DNA of 63,864 bases, the filler included. It is 8 parts of 8 records of this genome, joined end to end, with 100 filler letters (N's around TTAATTAATTAA, not from the genome) between each part and the next. Parts side by side here need not be neighbours in the genome. Positions count along the whole stretch, not along the records: positions 1 to 5,700 come from SRR31156797_42501; positions 5,801 to 12,384 come from SRR31156797_42555; 6 more parts are not named here. One strand, given 5' to 3'. The notes below the pieces were generated by a model. The model ran no database searches. It saw only the letters and a program-made list of their open reading frames with translations, and was not told the DNA's origin. The translations under genes were made by a program, and so were the position numbers. Below, one piece after another: positions 1 to 8,582 of this stretch (within the stretch, counting starts at the first letter, position 1; each line of letters starts with the position of its first letter).

Positions 1-96
1 CGCCGCTGTAATCGGGGACGAAAGCTGCAACAAACCACTGGCCATAGGCCGGGAAGGCGCAGCCGGTAGAAAGATCCGAAAGTCAGAAGACCTGCC
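1..96 (+). promoter_or_regulatory. Cobalamin (AdoCbl) riboswitch, 5' truncated
   Basis: Conserved B12-element motifs in order: CCGCTGT, CCACTG...GGGAAGG and the B12 box AGTCAGAAGACCTGCC. Lies upstream of a TonB/ExbBD operon. Confidence 0.92.
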
Positions 97-172
97 TGAG
101 CGATAAAGTGAGGCCGTACTTGCGAGGACAGCAGCCGGCCTTTTCGTCAATCTGAGGATAAAAAAGGGACAT

Positions 173-204
173 CCCGGATCGTATGTATACGGTCCGGGTT
201 TTAT
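173..204 (+). terminator. Leader intrinsic terminator (riboswitch expression platform)
   Basis: CCCGGATCGTAT-GT-ATACGGTCCGGG hairpin followed by TTTTAT, between the riboswitch and the first CDS. Confidence 0.7.
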
Positions 205-269
205 ATTATGGAAGGGCAGCGTCCCTGTTTGCTTTATTTATTTATGTCTGTGATTTAGGAGAATGTTGA

Positions 270-1043
270 ATGTTTATCAATTTTCCCAGGACCCTTTTTC
301 TACCCACTGTGCTCTTCTTTTTTTTCATACCGGTGGTGATGGCCGGCGAAACCGAAAAGCGGATCGAACAGCCTGTTCGACAAGCCATCGACACACGACA
401 GGCCACACAAAAGTCCCAAGAGAAATGGCGCGAAGATCGCGAGAAACTCAAGGAGAAGTTTGAACAGCTCGAAGTGGAAAACGAGCGTCTTGCACACGAA
501 GTCAGGGAATTGAAGCATCGGGTGGAAGCCGGTCAAACACGGATTGCTGCCAAAGAGAAGCAACTGGCTGACATCGACCAGATATCAAGCCAGATCGAGC
601 CTTTTGTCCACGAACTGATCACTGAACTGAAATCCGGTCTGGACGTCGGCTATCCTTTTCTGACCAAGGAGAGAACGCAGCGGATCGAAAAACTGGAGCG
701 ATTGGCGGTGGCCTCCGATGTCCCCATCAGCGAAAAGTATCGAAAAGTGATGGAAGCTCTTTTGATTGAAGCGGAATACGGAACCACGATCGAAACCTAC
801 CAGGAAACCATATCCGTCGACGGCCAGCCCTTGCTGGCGGACATTTTCCGGCTGGGTCGCATCAGCCTCTTCTACCAGCGTCTGGACCAGACGCACTGCG
901 GTTTTTACAATGTCGCCGCTGGCTCCTGGGAAGCGCTTCCCAAAAAAGACAATCTGCCGATCCGGTCTGCCGTCGATATGGCGGCAAAAAGAAAACCGGT
1001 TGAACTGCTCACGCTACCGGTGGGAAGGCTGGTGTCCCAATGA
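270..1043 (+). CDS. DUF3450-family TonB-system associated protein
   Basis: Signal peptide, coiled coil, PF..ER..RI and LGRI.L.YQ motifs. First gene of an ExbB/ExbD/TonB cluster. Confidence 0.8.
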   Translation: MFINFPRTLFLPTVLFFFFIPVVMAGETEKRIEQPVRQAIDTRQATQKSQEKWREDREKLKEKFEQLEVENERLAHEVRELKHRVEAGQTRIAAKEKQLADIDQISSQIEPFVHELITELKSGLDVGYPFLTKERTQRIEKLERLAVASDVPISEKYRKVMEALLIEAEYGTTIETYQETISVDGQPLLADIFRLGRISLFYQRLDQTHCGFYNVAAGSWEALPKKDNLPIRSAVDMAAKRKPVELLTLPVGRLVSQ

Positions 1044-2503
1044 AGAGACGACAGGCGAAAAACCATTTAGAGCGTGTCGTCCCGCACGTATTTGTCTGCT
1101 TTTTCCTCCTCTTACCCCTTGCGTCCAACGGAAATGCCGAGGACATGAGGGTCTTGCAGGTCCAGGCGCGCGAAACCCGACAGGAACTGATCGACAAGGC
1201 AGCAAAAGAGAAAGCCGACGCCCAGCAAGCGGCCGCAGAAAGCCGCGAGAAAATCCTGCGGGAAAGAGCATCGTTGGAAAAAGCAATTGCCGAACTTGCA
1301 TCGCTTAATACCGGCTTGAAAAAGGAGAGTATAACCCTGTTGGAAGAGAGCCAACGCTTAGAAAAACAAGAATCCCTGCTCATTGAAAAACTGCAACAAA
1401 CCGACAGGATGATCGATGAGCTGGTCGGCGCCATACGGGTCAGCGCCAAAGATGTAGATGGCTTGATCGTACAAGACCCACAAACGTCCATGAATAAAAA
1501 TCCCGAATCCTTTCTGGCGTCGGTTGCGCAAGAGAACCATTTTCCCGGCATGAGCGATGTTCGCGCATTGGCCCAGGGTCTTTTGGACCAGATCGCCATC
1601 TCCGGACAGGTGTCCGTTAAAAGAGGCACCCTCATTGACAGGTCCGGCCATGAGACCGAGGCCGACATCCTCTTTGTCGGGCCATTTACGGTCATCTACC
1701 GGCTCGGTGACGAATTCGGTTTCTGCAACTATTCCGAAAACGGGAGAAAGCTCTATGCCCTTTCCCGACTGCCATCAGCCCGGTTGCAAAAACAGATTGC
1801 ATCCTATTTATCCGGAAAAAGCAACGCTGTACCTATGGATATCTCCCGTGGCGGCGCATTGCGTCAACTGACCCATGAACTCAAGCTTTGGGAGCAGATC
1901 CCCGAAGGCGGTCCAATTGTCTGGCCCATTCTTGCCATTTTTGTATTAGGGGTGCTGATCGTTTTCGAAAGGGTGATTTTCCTTTTACGCAGGCATCTTA
2001 AGGGAGATCCACTGATTCGCAACATCGAAAAATGGTGTGCTGAAGATAACCTTCAAAAGTGTTTAGAGGGCTGTGAGCCTTACAAGAAAAAACCAGTAGC
2101 CCGTGTGATCAGCGCCGGCCTGAACTCCTGCCAGATGCAACGGGAAGAGATGGAAAACGCCCTGCAGGAAGCCATTTTGAAAGAGATCCCCCCCATGGAA
2201 CGGTTTCTTTCCACCCTGGGAATGCTGGCAGCCATCGCTCCCCTGATGGGACTGCTGGGAACCGTCACAGGCATGATCGACACCTTTCACGTCATCACCC
2301 TGCATGGCACCGGAGATCCGCGTCTGATGTCCGGCGGAATATCCGAAGCCCTTGTCACCACCATGCTCGGCCTCACGGTGGCCATTCCCCTGATGCTTTC
2401 CCAGACCCTGCTCAGCCGCGCCGTAGACAAAAACATCGGGGAAATGGAGGAGAAGGCGGTGGCACTGGTCAATATTATCCACAAAAACAGGATTTCGGCC
2501 TGA
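1040..2503 (+). CDS. Large MotA/TolQ/ExbB proton channel protein with periplasmic N-terminal extension
   Basis: [14 protein letters not shown]...[10 protein letters not shown] motif; ATGA overlap with the upstream gene. Confidence 0.9.
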   Translation: MKRRQAKNHLERVVPHVFVCFFLLLPLASNGNAEDMRVLQVQARETRQELIDKAAKEKADAQQAAAESREKILRERASLEKAIAELASLNTGLKKESITLLEESQRLEKQESLLIEKLQQTDRMIDELVGAIRVSAKDVDGLIVQDPQTSMNKNPESFLASVAQENHFPGMSDVRALAQGLLDQIAISGQVSVKRGTLIDRSGHETEADILFVGPFTVIYRLGDEFGFCNYSENGRKLYALSRLPSARLQKQIASYLSGKSNAVPMDISRGGALRQLTHELKLWEQIPEGGPIVWPILAIFVLGVLIVFERVIFLLRRHLKGDPLIRNIEKWCAEDNLQKCLEGCEPYKKKPVARVISAGLNSCQMQREEMENALQEAILKEIPPMERFLSTLGMLAAIAPLMGLLGTVTGMIDTFHVITLHGTGDPRLMSGGISEALVTTMLGLTVAIPLMLSQTLLSRAVDKNIGEMEEKAVALVNIIHKNRISA

Positions 2504-3111
2504 TGGATCTCTTCGCAGCCTTCTACTTTCGGCTGGAAGCGTATCTCGCCGCTGGCGGCATCGCCATGGGACCGCTGGTCGTTATCAGCCTGGTAATGTG
2601 GCTGTTGATCGTTGAGCGGGCTCTCTTTTTTCGGCGGCTTCACAGGAAGAACATGCCCCTTGTAAAAGCCCTCGATCACATTCGCGACAACCGGTTGCCC
2701 GACCCCAATCGGTACAGGGGGGCCATCTCTTTGCTGGTGGCACGGTTTATAGAGCGTCGCAGCAACAACCGCCAGTTGGACCGCTTTATTCTCGATGAAA
2801 CGGTGTTGACCCTGAACCAGTCCCTGAACGACAATCTGGCGCTGATCGGTGCACTTGCTGCCATTGCGCCTTTGTTGGGGCTGTTGGGAACGGTGACGGG
2901 AATGATTGGCGTCTTCGACGTTCTCTCCATTTTCGGTACGGGGAATTCCAGAGGGATGGCAGGCGGGATTTCCGAAGCCCTGATTACGACCCAAACCGGC
3001 CTTCTGGTTGCCATTCCCGGTTTGTACATGAAGGGTTTTTTGGACCGTCGGGCCCTGAATCTGAAACAGCGTCTGGCCAGAGCCGGGTATTACCTGCGCC
3101 GGCAAATTTGA
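2503..3111 (+). CDS. exbB: MotA/TolQ/ExbB proton channel protein
   Basis: [14 protein letters not shown]...GISEALITT motif. Confidence 0.88.
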   Translation: MDLFAAFYFRLEAYLAAGGIAMGPLVVISLVMWLLIVERALFFRRLHRKNMPLVKALDHIRDNRLPDPNRYRGAISLLVARFIERRSNNRQLDRFILDETVLTLNQSLNDNLALIGALAAIAPLLGLLGTVTGMIGVFDVLSIFGTGNSRGMAGGISEALITTQTGLLVAIPGLYMKGFLDRRALNLKQRLARAGYYLRRQI

Positions 3112-3156
3112 GGAGCGGTAAACAGTGAACAGTAATACGAAAACAGGAAAGAGATA

Positions 3157-3576
3157 ATGCTGAACATCTCCGCCGCCCGTCGCAAAAATCGCTCAACAGC
3201 GGAACTGAACATCGCTCCGTTGATCGATATGGTTTTTATTCTGCTGATCTTTTTCCTGGTCAACACCTCCTTTGTAAAAGAGACGGGGATCGAGGTCTCC
3301 AGACCCACGGCATCCACGGCGGTGGTAAAAAACAAGGCGACGATTTTGATCGCCATCGACCAGAACAACCGCGTTTTTATGGATCACAGGGAAATCGATC
3401 CCCGCGCTGTACGGGCCAACGTGGAACGCGCTCTGGCGGAGAATCCCGAAGGTTCCGTCGTTGTCGTGGCCGACAAAGCCAGCAGCACGGGAACGGCTAT
3501 CCAGGTGATGGACGGATGCCGCAGGGCAGGAGCGACAACAGTCTCTCTGGCGGCCAGCGTACCGCAGGCCGGGTGA
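3157..3576 (+). CDS. exbD: Biopolymer transport protein ExbD
   Basis: LNIAPLIDMVFILLIFF transmembrane segment with the conserved Asp; ADK...VMD motif. Confidence 0.92.
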   Translation: MLNISAARRKNRSTAELNIAPLIDMVFILLIFFLVNTSFVKETGIEVSRPTASTAVVKNKATILIAIDQNNRVFMDHREIDPRAVRANVERALAENPEGSVVVVADKASSTGTAIQVMDGCRRAGATTVSLAASVPQAG

Positions 3577-3708
3577 TCGCAAGCATCAGGCAATAGGAAT
3601 TTGGACGGAAAGGCGAAAGAGGAAAGAAAGGAAGCGGTTCCTCTCTTTCCCCTCTTCTTCTCTTCATCGTCCCTCTTTTTTGATAGACAATGAGATAGAA
3701 CGCAATCG

Positions 3709-4413
3709 ATGTCAGCCCAGACCAAACACTATGACTATTTCGAGTTCCTGACACGTCGCACCTGGCTGACCTGGCTGTGGTCAGGTCTTGTGGCCATCGG
3801 ACTGAACCTTGGCATGTTCCTCCTTCTGCCTCTCATGGTTGATCCGAACCCGCCAAAATCAAACTTGGAGGAATTGATTCCCCATGTAAACGTGATTCGG
3901 ATCAAAAAGCATGATACGCACGTCCGCCACAAACCTGTCGAGCCGCCGAAACCGCCCGAAGTCAAACCGAAACAGGCGCCGCAGAAAGCACCCAACCGGC
4001 AGATTTCTAAAAAGCTGGCCTTGCCTTTCGAAGTGAGCCCCCGTCTTCCCACCGGACCGAACAGTTTGACACTTCCACCGTGGGAAGGGGTTCCCCTGGT
4101 GGACGTAAACGTACTTCAAGGAACCTTTGAAGTGGGGCAGTTGGACGGGCCCTTGACCTCCCTGGCAAGAATCCCGCCGGTCTATCCCCTGCGGGCCAGA
4201 CGCCGGGGTATCGAAGGATGGGTAAAGGTCGCCTTTATCGTGGACAGCACCGGAAAGGTGGGTGACATCACCATTTTGGAAGCCGAACCCGCAGGTCTTT
4301 TTGAAAGCAGTGTCGAGCAATGTGTCCGTAGTTGGCGATTCAGCCCCGGTACGATTGAAGGACAACCCGTCCGGGCAAAAGTGGAAACCATCATTCGGTT
4401 CGAGTTGGAATGA
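3709..4413 (+). CDS. tonB: Energy transducer TonB
   Basis: N-terminal TM helix, Pro/Lys-rich linker and C-terminal PVYP..ARRRGIEG.V domain. Confidence 0.92.
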   Translation: MSAQTKHYDYFEFLTRRTWLTWLWSGLVAIGLNLGMFLLLPLMVDPNPPKSNLEELIPHVNVIRIKKHDTHVRHKPVEPPKPPEVKPKQAPQKAPNRQISKKLALPFEVSPRLPTGPNSLTLPPWEGVPLVDVNVLQGTFEVGQLDGPLTSLARIPPVYPLRARRRGIEGWVKVAFIVDSTGKVGDITILEAEPAGLFESSVEQCVRSWRFSPGTIEGQPVRAKVETIIRFELE

Positions 4414-5700
4414 AAAACATCATGTGCAACCTTTGCCTTCTTTTAGTGGCGATCCTTTTGGGCATGCCTGCGCAAAGCGCATTTGCAAAACAGGGAAGCC
4501 GTCAGGAGAAGGACTTGCCTTTGTCTGCCCGCATCATCCTTGTAAAGGTCAGCCCCATGATGCAATCCCGGAAATACGCGCAGGCCATCGAAACGATCCT
4601 TGCGTTTCAGGCAAAAGGCGGCCCTTTGGTTTCCAAAGATCAAGGGGACCCCAAAGGGTATCACCATCCGGAAATCTATTTTACCCTGGGAAATTGCTAT
4701 CTTCTGCAGGAGAACTTTGACCAGGCAATTGACGCCTACCGGAGAGCCTTGGAACAGAACAACCAACTTTCGACGGCCTGGTTGAATCTGGCAAAAAGCT
4801 ATTATGAGACAAACCGCCTTGCGGATGCTGCGGACTGTTTTGAAAAAGGGTATGAAACCGCCACGAAAAAAAACCCCGAAACCCTTTACTACAGTGCCGC
4901 ATCTCACATGATGGCCGGTAACAACAAACGGGCCATAAAAATTTTCAATCAGCTTTTCAGCAAACATCCGGACGCCATACGGCCGGAATGGAAAGAGCAC
5001 CTGGTGCACGCCCTTCTTGCAACGGATCAACCGCGCATCGCCCTACCCTATATCCGTGAATTGGCCCGGTCCTATACGGGCGACAAACAGATTCAATGGC
5101 AGGAGATTCTGCTCTATCAGTACCTCCAACTTGGCATGCGAAAAGAGGCATTGACGCTGGCACGAACGTTGACCCGTCAGAACCCCACGGTAGAGAAATG
5201 GTGGAAAGCGCTGGTGCATGTTCAACTGGATGCGGGCCGTCAGGAAGAAGCATTGATGGCCATGACCATCTACTCTTTCCTTTCGCCGCTGTCCATGGAA
5301 GAAAAAAAGCTGCTTGCCGATCTTGAACTGCAGGAGGGCATTCCCACCAAAGCAAGGCCACTATATGAAGCGGCGCTGAACGAGAAGCCGCAAAAGGAAA
5401 CCCTGCAGCGTCTTGTTGCAGCGTACCGGCAGTTAGGAGAATCGGAAAAGGCGCTGTCGGCCATTAACAAGTTCAACCCGGACGCCCAAGATGAAGAACT
5501 GCTCTTATTGCTGGGCGAATTGCACTATTCACGGGAAAACTTCGATCGGGCAGCTGCATTTTATAGAAAGGCTGCACAGCAAAAGGGGAGACAGGTTGGG
5601 CGTGCTTGGCTCATGGCCGGATATTCGGCCTGGCAGGGGGAGGACATCAACGCCAGCAAAAAAGCCTTTAAGAAGGCCTCTGCCTATTCAAAACAAAGAG
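4410..5700 (+). CDS. Secreted tetratricopeptide repeat protein (3' truncated by contig end)
   Basis: Signal peptide and multiple TPR-like helices; usual last gene of this Ton cluster type. Confidence 0.82.
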
Positions 5701-5800
5701 NNNNNNNNNNNNNNNNNNNNNNNNNNNNNNNNNNNNNNNNNNNNTTAATTAATTAANNNNNNNNNNNNNNNNNNNNNNNNNNNNNNNNNNNNNNNNNNNN
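5701..5800. other. Artificial contig spacer
   Basis: N-run containing TTAATTAATTAA (stops in all six frames). Confidence 0.99.
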
Positions 5801-5831
5801 AGGGTTTAAGAATCCCAAACTTTTTTATTAA

Positions 5832-5937
5832 GCTTCGCATATAGCTCGGCTAGGCGAATTTCAAAACAAGACCGCAATATCTTTCGAGATATTGCGGTCT
5901 TATTTTGAAAGTAGGCTTTATAAACTATATGCGAAGC
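5832..5937. repeat. Nested inverted repeat (REP-like or terminator)
   Basis: GCTTCGCATATAG (5832-5844) and CTATATGCGAAGC (5925-5937) enclose a 24-bp near-perfect stem at 5859-5910 with a TTCG loop. Confidence 0.75.
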
Positions 5938-5981
5938 ATATTGAGATTTTTTGAAAGGGCTGGGGTCTGGGGAAGGCATTC

Positions 5982-7088
5982 TTAATGCAAAATACTTTGA
6001 TACAAGGTCATGGTCCTTTTCAGGAAATCTTCTCCGGAAAGCTGGGACATGGTCCTTTTGTGCTCTGTGAGCAGCCTTTCACGAAATTCAGGGTCATTGA
6101 TCGCTTCGGTAAGCTTAAGTGAAAGCAGGTTGACATCCTGCGGGGGCACAAGTGCTTCCTGCGGCAGGAGGTCCGGCATTACCCCGACTGAGGTTGAAAT
6201 GAGCGGTCTTTCACTGGCCATGATTTCCAGAGCTGCACGGGCAATGGTCTCGGACCAGAGTGAGGCTATAACCCCGATATCCATGGCTGATATGCAGGCA
6301 GTCACATCCTCGCATTTTCCGCTGATGGCGGTGATATCGGTCAGGCCGTTATCGGTCAGCCATGTATCAACTTCATGTTTGCTGGTGGCTGTGGGAAAGC
6401 CGATCAGGAAGAGCTTGATACTTTTACCGTGCACATTGTTACGGGTTTTAGCCAGAGCCTCAATAAGTTCTTTCTGGCCTTTAACCCGGTCAAACCGTCC
6501 GAGCATGCCGATGACAACATCATCTTCACTGAAACCGAATTTATCCCTTACCTGTTGACGTCCTTCAGGGTCGAAACAAAAAAAATTACTGTCCACACCG
6601 CCGTGAATTAACCAAAGGCGGTTCTCGGCCAATTCCATTTTATTCAGAAAATGGTCGGCCATTCTTTTATTGGTTACCACCACGGCATCCGCAACTTTGG
6701 AATGCAGGTAGCGGTTAAAGAAATCGCTTTTGGGGAGGCGCTGGTCTCCTCTGGTCCTGACTAATTTGTAGCCCATACCCATCTTGCGCAGGATTCCCCA
6801 CCAGAAGAATGCTTCCCCTCGATGGCAATTGACCACTTGCGGTTTGTGCTTTTTGATCAGGGAATAAACCTGTGCACAGGCCTTGATGAGTTTATGCGGA
6901 TGGGCGGAGTTCAGCTCTATTGTTTGAACATTAAGTCCCATCTCAATAGCTTTTTCCTCGGTCTCAGAGCCGGGAACTGTGATGAGAAGGACTTCATGTC
7001 CGGCATCCTGCAGAAGTTTGCTCAAGTAAAGGGCATACCATGATGTGGCATTGAACCAGCGGACGTTGATAACTTGGAAAATTCGCAT
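5982..7088 (-). CDS. Glycosyltransferase family 4
   Basis: GT-B features: GRFDRVKGQ, SLWSETIARAALE (E-x7-E). Start taken at MRIFQV. Confidence 0.9.
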   Translation of the reverse strand: MRIFQVINVRWFNATSWYALYLSKLLQDAGHEVLLITVPGSETEEKAIEMGLNVQTIELNSAHPHKLIKACAQVYSLIKKHKPQVVNCHRGEAFFWWGILRKMGMGYKLVRTRGDQRLPKSDFFNRYLHSKVADAVVVTNKRMADHFLNKMELAENRLWLIHGGVDSNFFCFDPEGRQQVRDKFGFSEDDVVIGMLGRFDRVKGQKELIEALAKTRNNVHGKSIKLFLIGFPTATSKHEVDTWLTDNGLTDITAISGKCEDVTACISAMDIGVIASLWSETIARAALEIMASERPLISTSVGVMPDLLPQEALVPPQDVNLLSLKLTEAINDPEFRERLLTEHKRTMSQLSGEDFLKRTMTLYQSILH

Positions 7089-7265
7089 GTGAGTATATGA
7101 TATTCCGTAAAAAACTAATGGGTCCGGCAAAATAACCGATATTCAATTTGTCAGATAAAAAATCCGAGCTTAAGCAGCTATACACAGCCTATGTTTTTTT
7201 ATTAACATGATCAAATACGTTTTGATATGGATATGAATTTTTATTGTAATAATACAGGTGATTAA

Positions 7266-8147
7266 TTGGAAAGTTTAAAAAAATCTCCCAAAGTGTCCGT
7301 GATTATACCTACTTACAACCGAGCTGAACGGGTTTGCAGGGCTGTTGATTCGGTTCTGGCTCAGAAGTTTACGGATTTTGAATGTCTGGTGGTGGATGAC
7401 GGTTCCACTGATGATACTGCGGAGAGGTTAGCGGAGTATAAGGATTCCCGTCTGAAGATTCTTCGGCAGGAGAACAAGGGGGTTTCCGCTGCACGTAATT
7501 TTGGTATTGCAGCTTCATATGGCAATTTTATCGCTTTGCTTGATTCTGATGATGAATGGGTGCCGGAAAAGCTTCAAAAGCAGATCCCGTTTATGGAGGA
7601 AGCAGGTTTTGAAATAAGCCAGACAGATGAGATCTGGATTCGAAAGGGGAAGCGGGTCAACCAGTGTAAAAAGCATGAAAAACCGGAAGGGATGTTTTTT
7701 GATCGTTCACTTGAAATGTGCATGGTCAGTCCTTCTTGTGTTCTTTTCAGCCGTAAATTCTGGGATGAATTGGGACCTTTTGATGAAGATATGCCTGCGT
7801 GTGAGGATTATGACCTTTGGCTCCGGGCCGGGATTAAGTATCCGGTAGGGCTTTTGCGCGAGCGTTTGACCATCAAACATGGCGGACGGCCCGATCAATT
7901 ATCCAATAGCGTAGGGTGTTTGGATTTATACAGAATATACGCTATAGTAAAATTGCTTCAAGTCGGAATCCTTTCTGAGGAAGAGCGGAGCATGGCACTT
8001 GTTGAATTACAGCGTAAAGCCGGTTTTTATCTTGGCGGATGCAGGAAGCGGGGGCGTGATGAACAGGCTGTGCGAATAGAGCGTTTGGTGCAGCGTATTA
8101 TGGCTGGAGAGACGGTTCTGTCAGCTGAAATTATTGAAAATGAATAG
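7266..8147 (+). CDS. Glycosyltransferase family 2
   Basis: VSVIIPTYNR, VVDDGSTD, ARN.G, LDSDD and EDYDLW motifs. Confidence 0.93.
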   Translation: MESLKKSPKVSVIIPTYNRAERVCRAVDSVLAQKFTDFECLVVDDGSTDDTAERLAEYKDSRLKILRQENKGVSAARNFGIAASYGNFIALLDSDDEWVPEKLQKQIPFMEEAGFEISQTDEIWIRKGKRVNQCKKHEKPEGMFFDRSLEMCMVSPSCVLFSRKFWDELGPFDEDMPACEDYDLWLRAGIKYPVGLLRERLTIKHGGRPDQLSNSVGCLDLYRIYAIVKLLQVGILSEEERSMALVELQRKAGFYLGGCRKRGRDEQAVRIERLVQRIMAGETVLSAEIIENE

Positions 8148-8180
8148 GGCCGGGATATTTTTAATATGCTCCGGCCCTTG
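8146..8180. terminator. Hairpin between convergent GT2 and moaE
   Basis: AGGGCCGG...CCGGCCCT inverted repeat. Confidence 0.6.
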
Positions 8181-8190
8181 AATGATTTTA

Positions 8191-8553
8191 TTAGGCGAGA
8201 ACTTCTTTTTTACTAAAAGCTTCGGCTTTGACTGTATCAAGTAGGCTGGAGAGGCAGGCCTTGACGTTTTCGCGGATATCGCCTGCTACAATGAGAAACA
8301 GTACGTCATCGCCGGGTTTGAAAACACCTTCATTGGCGTGGGTGACAATTTTATAAATCCCGGGAAGTTTTTCATGCTCCTGACGGATTTGTTCAATTTT
8401 AGCATGGTCGGTCTTGATTTCGATTCCGGTTACTTTTTCACGGGTACCTCGCGACCAGCCGCGGACGACTCCGTTATGGATCAGGATCATACCGACATTT
8501 TCGGCGAATTCAGGGTCCTGTTTGAGTTCTGCAATTTTTTTTGAAATGTCCAT
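8191..8553 (-). CDS. moaE: Molybdopterin synthase catalytic subunit MoaE-family protein (short deltaproteobacterial type)
   Basis: GMILIHNGVVR...GDD...VAGDIRE...K.E motifs; GGAGG RBS. Confidence 0.8.
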   Translation of the reverse strand: MDISKKIAELKQDPEFAENVGMILIHNGVVRGWSRGTREKVTGIEIKTDHAKIEQIRQEHEKLPGIYKIVTHANEGVFKPGDDVLFLIVAGDIRENVKACLSSLLDTVKAEAFSKKEVLA

Positions 8554-8582
8554 AGTACCTCCGTAAGTAAGGAGTTGTTGTT

